Assembly (NCBI GenBank): GCA_040220235.1
Contig: JAVJTO010000017.1
From: Coleofasciculus sp. B1-GNL1-01
GTDB lineage: Bacteria; Cyanobacteriota; Cyanobacteriia; Cyanobacteriales; Coleofasciculaceae
Strand: one strand, 5' to 3'
DNA: 64,000 nucleotides
Of this stretch, positions 13,237 through 21,231 are shown in pieces. The notes under the pieces are model-generated. The model made no database searches. It was not told where the DNA came from and saw only the letters and a list, made by a program, of their open reading frames with translations. Every line of letters starts with the position of its first letter. Positions within the stretch are counted from its first letter, which is position 1. The position numbers were made by a program, and so were the translations under genes.

Positions 13237-13344
13237 GTGACAATTCCCCTTCGGGGGGATTGAGGATTGAAACGATTGTCTGCCAAGCAATGGCAGCTTG
13301 CTGGGGGCGTGACAATTCCCCTTCGGGGGATTGAGGATTGAAAC
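13237..13344 (+). CRISPR. CRISPR mini-array: 2 repeats (13237-13273, 37 bp; 13309-13344, 36 bp) and one 35-bp spacer (13274-13308)
   Basis: GTGACAATTCCCCTTCGGGGG(G)ATTGAGGATTGAAAC twice; 9-bp stem with TTCG loop and 11-nt 3' tail ending ATTGAAAC; adjacent to I-C cas genes. Confidence 0.9.
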
Positions 13345-14015
13345 GGATAATTTCCCAACGCCGACTCATGACTAAACACCCATACCCCACGAGTTGCCAT
13401 CATTCCCCTGGCGGAGGAACGATCAAATTCAAAACACTTGACTAACGCTTGCCAAAATAACGCTAAATCCGCCTCCGTTACTCCAGTTTGTTTGGCAAAT
13501 TGGGGACAATAAAACCCATGCGCTTTATACAACCCGTAGGGAATAATATTTTTCCGCCCCATGGTTTTATTCTCTTTCCCCTGTTCATTGGTATCCGTTG
13601 CGGCACACCGCGTAATCGATAAATTCATCGGTAGCACCGGATCAAGGGATTCCCCAAAGGTTAATTGTACCGCACCGCGCACTTGTCCGGCATTTTTCCC
13701 CGTGGATAAAACCGCGCCAAACATACGAATGTCATAGAAATTCTCACACATCCAATCCCGTGCTGCAGCAACATCTTTGGGATTGGTTAGCCTTTTTTTC
13801 TTAGAGTCCACGGTTAACCCTTTAGCCGAAACCGCCTCATCAATTGCCTGATTTAAAATAGCGCCTTCGCTGACAAAAATCCGCTGATCTGATGCCAGGG
13901 TGACAAAGTTGCGAATCTTGCGCTTCAGACAAGCATCGGTGACTAATCCATGTCCGGTTTGTAAGTCAGTTCTGGGTGTATTGTCGGCATCTGGATCACC
14001 ATTGGGGTTTCCGCT
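13345..14015 (-). pseudogene. cas7: Type I-C Cas7 (Csd2), truncated at both ends
   Basis: Frame reads GNPNGDPDADNTPRTD...GLVTDACLKRKIRN...FYDIRMFGAV...MGRK...YGLY...FEFDRSSARG...SHESALGNYP, then runs into the CRISPR repeat. In-frame TAA at 14018-14016 and no start codon before GTG 13811. Confidence 0.88.
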
Positions 14016-15631
14016 TTAGTTTTCTTGGTATTCAACTCACTCCAAAAGCCTAAATCAAAATAAGCTTGAGCGCCAATACTAAACGTAGTAGGAATAGCTG
14101 TGGTTTGAGCCAATTCTGCGATCGCGCCATTAATCTGGGCAAGCTGGGAGACAAACCACTGGGCTAATCCACCCTCTAATACGGCTAAATGATTTTTTGC
14201 CCCCGATGCGAGGCGATGACTCATGGGAATGGGAGAAAATCCGGCTGTGGCATAACATTTAACTGCATTGGTATTAGCTAACTCGCTAGTTTGAGCCGCC
14301 CGTTGTAACTTGGCGTAGGTGGCTAAAAGTCGCCCATACTGAAACGCGATCGCTTCTTCTTCTGTCATTACCTTTTTCCCTTGTTCTTTCCTCACTTGTT
14401 TCACGCCTTCACTATACATATTTAATAGCACCGCACGGGGATAACTCACGGTTTGCTCAATTCGATTTCGCCCACAGACTCGTTGGATTAAATCCATAGG
14501 TAAGGCTTCACCATAAACAGCATTTCGCATCAATGCAGTTACAGTACGACTTTGGATTTCTTTCGCCTCCCGATACCCCGCCGCCGCCAACCGCCAGACG
14601 CCCAAATATCCGCAATTATCACGATTCCAGCCAATCACTTCTTGACGCTTTAACCATTGTTCATAGTGGTGAACAAACTCCGGTTCTTTGCCATGAATCC
14701 AATCGCGAACCACTAATCGACTGGTATAGCCGGATAACGCCAAAATATTAAACTCCCAATCGGGATTAATCTGCTGTGGTTTGTGGAAGAGATTCAGATA
14801 ATCTCGCACCGTTTCTACACTCGGCGTTTCAAATAAATGCCGCGTCATTCCCCCAGAATCTGCCCAAAAAACAAAGGTTGTACTACCGATATTAATATGA
14901 TGATTGTCGTCCCGTAATAGATAACTCAGGGCTTGGGAAAATTGTTCATCAGCTTCAGCACTAATGGGTGAAACTAATGCTCCCGATAAGCCATAAGACC
15001 AACAGGATTTATCATAGGCACTAATTAACGAAGCCCCCGCCGAATTTGTCCCCGGTACACCTTTAATCTGCAAGGAAAACTTGGTAGTTACGGGTAATTC
15101 CTCCCCCGTCACTAAACACTGCATCACCGGGCGATCGCTGGCGGTTAGTTCATCTACATGTCGCGCCCAAAATTTTTGCACGGTGGGTAAATCATGGATA
15201 TAGCCAGGAACTTGATCAATGGTAAAGGTGACGGTTTGCTTAGGTTCAAGTTCTTCGAGTTGAGGATGAGAATTGAGGAAGGTTAAGATAGCCTGAACCG
15301 CTGGTTCTTTTGTGGCTTGATAACAGCGTTGTAAGAGGGCGCGATAGGCTTTGGCTTTTTCTCCATCACCGAAAATATAGTCAACGGTATCGGTAATTAA
15401 TTTGGGCTGAATCGCATTGCGGCGAATATGGGGACAAGACAGTTTTTGACCCGGTTTTGGCTTTTTGGCTTTACCGTTGCGGTCATATTGCGGGGTATTG
15501 AGTTCGATAATCCGATTAAAACTGCCATCGGGATTGAGAATAATTTGCCAGCAAATTGTCGATTCGGCGTAGGCTTTAGCGGGAAGATTAAGGGTGTGGG
15601 AGAGTTTGACTAATTCAGTGAGTATGGTCAT
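13943..15631 (-). CDS. cas8c: Type I-C Cas8c (Csd1); C-terminal tail read from cas7 DNA out of frame
   Basis: MQCLVTGE, IKGVPG..AGASLIS, SYGL, FVFW, RLVVRDW, AFQYGRLLA, QAYFDLG; sits between cas5 and cas7. Confidence 0.9.
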   Translation of the reverse strand: MTILTELVKLSHTLNLPAKAYAESTICWQIILNPDGSFNRIIELNTPQYDRNGKAKKPKPGQKLSCPHIRRNAIQPKLITDTVDYIFGDGEKAKAYRALLQRCYQATKEPAVQAILTFLNSHPQLEELEPKQTVTFTIDQVPGYIHDLPTVQKFWARHVDELTASDRPVMQCLVTGEELPVTTKFSLQIKGVPGTNSAGASLISAYDKSCWSYGLSGALVSPISAEADEQFSQALSYLLRDDNHHINIGSTTFVFWADSGGMTRHLFETPSVETVRDYLNLFHKPQQINPDWEFNILALSGYTSRLVVRDWIHGKEPEFVHHYEQWLKRQEVIGWNRDNCGYLGVWRLAAAGYREAKEIQSRTVTALMRNAVYGEALPMDLIQRVCGRNRIEQTVSYPRAVLLNMYSEGVKQVRKEQGKKVMTEEEAIAFQYGRLLATYAKLQRAAQTSELANTNAVKCYATAGFSPIPMSHRLASGAKNHLAVLEGGLAQWFVSQLAQINGAIAELAQTTAIPTTFSIGAQAYFDLGFWSELNTKKTKAETPMVIQMPTIHPELTYKPDMD

Positions 15632-15673
15632 GGTTTTATTATAAGTAATAGTTTGTCAATGTCACTGTTCGAT

Positions 15674-15866
15674 CCCCCTAAATCCCCCTTCAAAAGGGGG
15701 ACTTTCTGAGCGAGTCTGCGTCGGCGGACTTGGTTTGTGTAGCTGCAACTTTCTTTTCAACAGAGAGTAAATATTTTATCTCCCTAAATCCCCCTTCAAA
15801 AGGGTGACTTTATAATCCAGTCCGCGCAGGCGGACTTGGTTTGTGTAGCTGCGACTTCTAGTCGCC
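15674..15866. repeat. Tandem duplication of a ~78-bp composite palindromic element between cas8c and cas5
   Basis: CCCTAAATCCCCCTTCAAAAGGG.GACTTT...GGCGGACTTGGTTTGTGTAGCTGC.ACTT at ~15674-15751 and ~15781-15857. Confidence 0.85.
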
Positions 15867-16487
15867 AGAGTAAATTACCCGACAATCCATCACACCTTTT
15901 TGAATCGAGGCGCGAAAAAATATCGGTTTTGCTCCTTCTGATGTAAACTCAATATGATGCAGCATTAATCCTAAATCGGTAGTTAAATCAATGGGCGTTT
16001 CATTCTCCGTTGGCTGACTAAAATACGCCACGAATTCTCGACAGCCTAAATAGGGTTGCTGAAAACATTGCCCCTTGGCTAATCGGCGTTTAAATATTTC
16101 CAGATATTTAGTTAAGGGATCTGTTGCATGAGACTGACGCTGCATCTGAATCGTGACTAAATAGGCGACATCGTTTAAAATAAGGGCATGTCGCTGAGTG
16201 CGATCGCTCTCAATTTCTAGGATTCCTCCACTTTGGGCGGTACGATGAGATTGACGCGATTTTAGGGTATTCCGTAGAATCGAAGCTTTCTGAATCGATT
16301 TAAGGAGACTAATCTGAATTACCTGATACTGAATTTCGGGTTTCCAGAAAATAGACTCAGCGATTCCTTTGGCGGCGGAGGGGGTAATTACATCATAAGT
16401 GACTTGTTCAGTTTTAAATTCGGGGCGGGTAAATAAAGCGCGATCGCCCCAAATTTTGAAGGTGATTTCGTTGGCTTGGCTACTCAT
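15858..16487 (-). CDS. cas5: Type I-C Cas5 (Cas5c/Cas5d)
   Basis: WGDRALFTRPEFKTE.VTYDVITPSAAKGI.ESIFWKP, RRL.KGQCFQQPYLGCREF, DLGLMLH. Confidence 0.95.
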   Translation of the reverse strand: MSSQANEITFKIWGDRALFTRPEFKTEQVTYDVITPSAAKGIAESIFWKPEIQYQVIQISLLKSIQKASILRNTLKSRQSHRTAQSGGILEIESDRTQRHALILNDVAYLVTIQMQRQSHATDPLTKYLEIFKRRLAKGQCFQQPYLGCREFVAYFSQPTENETPIDLTTDLGLMLHHIEFTSEGAKPIFFRASIQKGVMDCRVIYSGD

Positions 16488-16611
16488 CTCCGGTTCGGTT
16501 GAGGATTCGGTATGATTCCCTTTATAGCATTTATAAATGAAAACCCCCTCTCCCCCAGCCCCTCTCCCACCAGGGGAGAGGGGAGTAAGAATGAATTAGA
16601 AATACCCAACT

Positions 16612-18723
16612 ATGACTTCAGATTATCCACCAACTCATTCTATAATTCCTGATCAATCGCCTCAGTCTAACATCCGGATTTCTCGCCCTCCTCGTCAAGA
16701 TGGAACGGTTCAAACAGTTAAGCAACACTTAGAAGAAACAGGCGCGATCGCGGCTTTTGTTCACCCCCTAGCTGAAATCGCTGGAAAATGGCATGATTTA
16801 GGTAAATTTGACCCCACTTGGCAGCAGTATTTACAAGCAAGTATGGCGGGGAATAAATGTAAATCTCCTGGACATGCTATTCATGGCGCGGCGTTAGCCT
16901 GGAAAAAAGGACTTCATGGCGTAGCCTTTGCCATTTTAGGACATCATTCTGGATTACCTAATCTCGGTGGCGCAGATGGTATCCAGCAGAAGCTAAAAGG
17001 TGATCAGCATTGGCAATCCATCCAGGCGATCGCACAAAAAGAATTAGGCGATAATTTCTTTACTTGTCCTTCCCATTATCCAAAACATCCCCTCACCGAA
17101 GACTTATTAATTCGGATTATTTTCTCGGCGTTAGTTGATGCGGATCGAGAAAGTGCTGCCCGATTTCTGGGTGACTGGGATACCGTTACACCTCCAACTA
17201 TAGAGCAATTAATCCCCCAATTTGAAACCCACTATCACCATCTGATCCAAAAGGCAGCAGATACCCCTATCAACGCCATCCGCCGGGACATTTATCGCCA
17301 TTGTCAAGCCGCCGCCACCCTAAAACCGGGATTCTTTCGCCTCACCACTCCCACAGGTGGAGGTAAAACCCTAAGTGTCATGGCATTTGCCCTCCATCAT
17401 GCCCAAAACTACCAGCAAAAACGAATTATTTACTGTCCACCGTTTACCAGTATTATTGAACAAGCCGCCCAAGTTTACCGAGAGAGTTTCTCGGAAGATG
17501 CCGTATTAGAACATCATAGCGGTGTGGTATTTGATACCCATACCGATGAATTACACCATTACCAATTCGCCGCCCAACGTTGGGATTATCCGATTATTGT
17601 ATCCACAACGGTTCAACTGTTTGAAAGTCTCTTTAGTCGCCACCCCAGCCAATGCCGGAAAGTGCATCGCATTACCAATAGTGTGATTATTTTAGATGAA
17701 GTTCAGGCATTACCGACAAAGTACCTCAAACCGATCATGTCCATGTTACGGGGATTGGTGGACAAGTGGAATTGTTCTGTGGTATTCTGTTCAGCAACTC
17801 AACCCTGGTATGGAATTCTCGATCTGCCGGAAATTCGCGATATTGTACCGCTAAATCAGCGTCAAAGCCACGCCAAAACACTCCAGCGAGTCGAGTATCA
17901 CTATCAGCCACAAGCCTGGGATTGGCGCGATTTACTCCAGGATATCCGCCAACGTTCCCTGAAGAATGCCCTTGTCGTTGTTAGTGCTAAAACAGATGCC
18001 CGTCAGGGATTCAAGGTATTATCGGAACTGGGAAATACCTTTCACCTGAGTACGAATATGTACGCCGCCCACCGTCGCCGGGTACTCAACCAAGTGCGCG
18101 ATCGCTTGAACCAGGATTTGCCTGTTTATCTCATCAGCACCCAATTAATCGAAGCTGGCGTGGATATAGACTTCACGGCTGGGTATCGTGCGATCGCGGG
18201 CTTAGATTCTATCATCCAAACCGCAGGACGAGTCAACCGGAATCATAAATTCAATCACGCCATTTTTACCATATTTGAACTCAAAAATCAAGGGTTTCCG
18301 CAGCAAGACAGGGACAAAATTCAAATCACCCGCAATTTACTCAAAGCGGGTCAATCTTTACACGATGAAGCCAGTTGTCAAGACTATTTCAAAAGCTTTT
18401 TAGCCAATCCTGCGGTTAATTTAGATCAGCAGGAGATTCAAAAGCGGCGAGAAGGTTTTATGTTTAAAGATATTGATACTCACTTCCAAATGATTGAGGA
18501 TAATAAGGTTAATGTAATTATCCCCCTAGAAGACACCGCCAAACAACTGATTGAATTAGCGCAAAAGCAACAGAGATTGAGTCAAAAACAATGGCGACTC
18601 CTACTGCACTATGCTGTCGGCGTTACCCCAAAGCTAGCCGATGCTTACTCCCAAGAAATATTCCCCGGCTTACGAGTTTGGCAGGGCGACTATAATCCTA
18701 ATTTTGGTATTGTTACCGAATAG
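16612..18723 (+). CDS. cas3: Cas3 HD nuclease-helicase
   Basis: WHDLGK, GHHSGL, LVDAD (HD domain); PTGGGKT, DEVQ, SAT, STQLIEAGVDIDF, QTAGRVNR (SF2 helicase). Confidence 0.95.
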   Translation: MTSDYPPTHSIIPDQSPQSNIRISRPPRQDGTVQTVKQHLEETGAIAAFVHPLAEIAGKWHDLGKFDPTWQQYLQASMAGNKCKSPGHAIHGAALAWKKGLHGVAFAILGHHSGLPNLGGADGIQQKLKGDQHWQSIQAIAQKELGDNFFTCPSHYPKHPLTEDLLIRIIFSALVDADRESAARFLGDWDTVTPPTIEQLIPQFETHYHHLIQKAADTPINAIRRDIYRHCQAAATLKPGFFRLTTPTGGGKTLSVMAFALHHAQNYQQKRIIYCPPFTSIIEQAAQVYRESFSEDAVLEHHSGVVFDTHTDELHHYQFAAQRWDYPIIVSTTVQLFESLFSRHPSQCRKVHRITNSVIILDEVQALPTKYLKPIMSMLRGLVDKWNCSVVFCSATQPWYGILDLPEIRDIVPLNQRQSHAKTLQRVEYHYQPQAWDWRDLLQDIRQRSLKNALVVVSAKTDARQGFKVLSELGNTFHLSTNMYAAHRRRVLNQVRDRLNQDLPVYLISTQLIEAGVDIDFTAGYRAIAGLDSIIQTAGRVNRNHKFNHAIFTIFELKNQGFPQQDRDKIQITRNLLKAGQSLHDEASCQDYFKSFLANPAVNLDQQEIQKRREGFMFKDIDTHFQMIEDNKVNVIIPLEDTAKQLIELAQKQQRLSQKQWRLLLHYAVGVTPKLADAYSQEIFPGLRVWQGDYNPNFGIVTE

Positions 18724-18747
18724 GCGATCGTTTCAGTGACGGGTTGA

Positions 18748-19117
18748 GGAAGGGCGGGTTTTGTCGAAAGGTTATTGGTTTCTCGGTTAATTTTGTCCCT
18801 AAACCCGCCCCGACATTGAATTTATTGTGCCGATATCAGATTTCTAGATTAACCAGAAACTGGACAATAAAACCTAGCCGATTATTAGGCGCGATCGCCT
18901 CCCAAAGATATGGGGATAAATTGGGGATTCAGGTGTTCGGTTGGCTGAGATGGTGGGGAAGGGCGGGTTTTGTTGAAAGGTTATTGGTTTCTCGGTTAAT
19001 TTTGCCCCCAAACCCGCCCCGATATTGGATTTATTGTGTCAAGATCAGATTGATAGATTAACCGGAAACTGGGCAATAAAACCTAGCCAATTATTAGACG
19101 CGATCGCATCCCAAAGA
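18748..19117. repeat. Two diverged 161-bp direct repeats (18748-18908, 18957-19117), each starting with a GGGCGGGTTT...AAACCCGCCC unit
   Basis: Colinear by direct comparison, with scattered substitutions. Confidence 0.88.
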
Positions 19118-19250
19118 CGTAGGGGCGGGTTTAGGGATTAAAGGAGTTAACCCACCTCAAAATAAACAACGAAACCCGCCCTGATCCCAACCTAAATTTG
19201 ACGAATGATGAATGACAAATGACGAATGACAAATGACGAATAACAAATAA

Positions 19251-20339
19251 CTACGCCACCTGACTCAACGCTTCCGTCAGATAATCAGCCGTGGCTTCCA
19301 CAAGCGCGATCGCATTTTCATATAGCATACGAGTAGGTCCTAGAATTCCCACACTGCCCACAGGTAGATTATCCTGTTCGTATGTCGCACTAACTAACGT
19401 ACAGGTTTGCATCGGTTCCAAAGGGTTCTCTGTGCCAATTCGTACTTTTGCCCGCCGCTTAGAATTCAAATTATCCGGAAGTTCAAAGATTAGGGGCCAC
19501 AGTTGTTCCTGTTCTTCTTCCAACAAATGCAGCAACATTTGAACTTGTTGCAACTCAGCAAACTCCGGCTGACGCAATAACTCGGCAATCCCTCGAACTA
19601 AAATCGGCGTGGCTACCGATGTTTTCATCGGACGAGTTAATTCTGCCAATACCTTCTTCAAGAAATCAGCATACTGGGCAAATTCGCGGTCAAGTTCACT
19701 CCAATCCAAGTTAACCAGTTCACCCAGAGAACGTCCCCGAAGCTTACTACTTAAAAAATTAGATAATATCTGTAATTCTTGCTCAACAGCCGCTTCATCC
19801 GGTGGATCATCCTCTGATACCGAAGGCAATTCCATGACAATGGATTGGGTTTGATAGGCATCAGTCACCACAATCAACATCACCCGCCCTGGTGCGACAG
19901 ACACCAATTGCAAATGGCGCAATCGTGTTGTTTGAGTTTGAGGTAAAGTAATCAGGGTAATATACCCACTCAAGGTGGAGAGAATTTGCCCCGCATCCCG
20001 TAGCAACGCCTCAAAGTTGAAATCGTCTCCCTTCAAATGATCTGATAGTAATGTCTCGGCTTGACGTCCCAACGTATTAGAGGGTTTTATCAGCCGATCC
20101 ACATAAATCCGATATCCTGAATCCGAGGGAACCCGTCCTGCAGAGGTATGAGGTTGATAGAGTAAGCCAGATTTTTCTAGAACGCTCATACAAGAGCGAA
20201 TTGTAGCAGGACTAACACTCAGATCATACTCATGGGCTAAAACTTTGGAACCCACAGGTTCCGCCGTCGCAATGTAATGACGGATGGTTGCCCAGAGAAT
20301 ATGTTGTTGCCGACTATTAAGACTGACGTGTACAGACAT
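19251..20339 (-). CDS. hrcA: Heat-inducible transcription repressor HrcA
   Basis: [41 protein letters not shown]. Confidence 0.96.
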   Translation of the reverse strand: MSVHVSLNSRQQHILWATIRHYIATAEPVGSKVLAHEYDLSVSPATIRSCMSVLEKSGLLYQPHTSAGRVPSDSGYRIYVDRLIKPSNTLGRQAETLLSDHLKGDDFNFEALLRDAGQILSTLSGYITLITLPQTQTTRLRHLQLVSVAPGRVMLIVVTDAYQTQSIVMELPSVSEDDPPDEAAVEQELQILSNFLSSKLRGRSLGELVNLDWSELDREFAQYADFLKKVLAELTRPMKTSVATPILVRGIAELLRQPEFAELQQVQMLLHLLEEEQEQLWPLIFELPDNLNSKRRAKVRIGTENPLEPMQTCTLVSATYEQDNLPVGSVGILGPTRMLYENAIALVEATADYLTEALSQVA

Positions 20340-20564
20340 TTGAAAAAAAGCCGAACGTAATCAGATTTTCACCAGAATTCTTTAAAATCATGAGGGTTAT
20401 GGCAAATTTACGGAGAAATGTTTCTCCTAGATATCCCTAAAAATAGGTTAAATCGCCAACGCCGCTAAACTGACCTTGTAAGTGACAGGCTTTCCTGGTT
20501 GGATGAGTATTGATCCAAAGATAACAGAAGAAACCAAGATTCTGTAGCTTGCCATGATCGACCG

Positions 20565-20924
20565 CTAGTAGCGAGGGATGGTAGGATCGACCGTTGCGGA
20601 GTATGCATCAATTCCACCGACGACATTTTTGACATTGGTAAACCCCTGATCCGCTAACCACTGACACATTTGAGCCGAACGGATACCGTGGTGACACATC
20701 ACCAAGGTTTCAGCATCAGCTTCAAAGCGGCTGTGGATTTGGTCGGACCATTGGGCAAATTCGCTCAAGGGGAGAACATCAAACCCCTGAATATGCGCGA
20801 TCGCGACTTCCTGGGGTTCTCGCACGTCGATAAGCTGGAGTCCTTCCGGGGATTGGCTGATCCGCTGCGCGAGTTCCTCAACACTGATTTGGGGAATGGG
20901 TTGATTAAAGGATTGAGCTGACAT
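20565..20924 (-). CDS. Single-domain rhodanese-like protein
   Basis: LIDVREP.E, CHHGIRS, GGIDAYS; the ORF-track extension to 21218 runs through repeats. Confidence 0.88.
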   Translation of the reverse strand: MSAQSFNQPIPQISVEELAQRISQSPEGLQLIDVREPQEVAIAHIQGFDVLPLSEFAQWSDQIHSRFEADAETLVMCHHGIRSAQMCQWLADQGFTNVKNVVGGIDAYSATVDPTIPRY

Positions 20925-21231
20925 AACAGATGTAACGAAAATAATACATACCAGAATACCTATATCCTTAAGATTGGCAAAGGGTGTGGGGGAGCTGAGG
21001 GAGCTGAGGGAGTTGGGGAAGCTGAGGGAGCTGGGGAAGCTGAGGGAGCTGAGGGAGAGCGTGTAGGGGCGGGTTTTACCATTAACGGGAAGGTTGTTCA
21101 CCCTGATATCACTAAACCCGCCCCGATTAGAGTGCAAGTCACCTTCAACAAAGGACATAAGACGTAGCTTGCTTCTCAAGGGAAGCGAGTATGACGAATG
21201 ACATAAGACAAATGACATAAGACAAATGACA

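Noticed and set aside
13093..13390. Small minus-strand ORFs over the CRISPR array and leader
   Set aside because: Shadow frames across the repeats.
14000..14030. Programmed -1 frameshift producing a Cas8c-Cas7 fusion
   Set aside because: No canonical X XXY YYZ slippery site after the TAA, and the Cas7 N-terminal residues are absent; deletion is simpler.
16488..16611. Degenerate repeat (TTGAGGATT) or spacer target (CCCCCAGC) in the cas5/cas3 promoter region
   Set aside because: Only 8-9-nt matches, one of them inside a common C-rich palindromic repeat.
12135..18723. CRISPR-associated transposon
   Set aside because: No tnsB/tnsC/tniQ or integrase in the window, and cas3 is present.
18744..19061. 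105-aa ORF after cas3 as an accessory cas gene
   Set aside because: Lies within the 161-bp duplicated repeat; no protein-like features.
20925..21218. N-terminal extension of the rhodanese ORF
   Set aside because: Made of REP-like and GGGAGCTGA/STRR repeats; the domain starts at ATG 20924.
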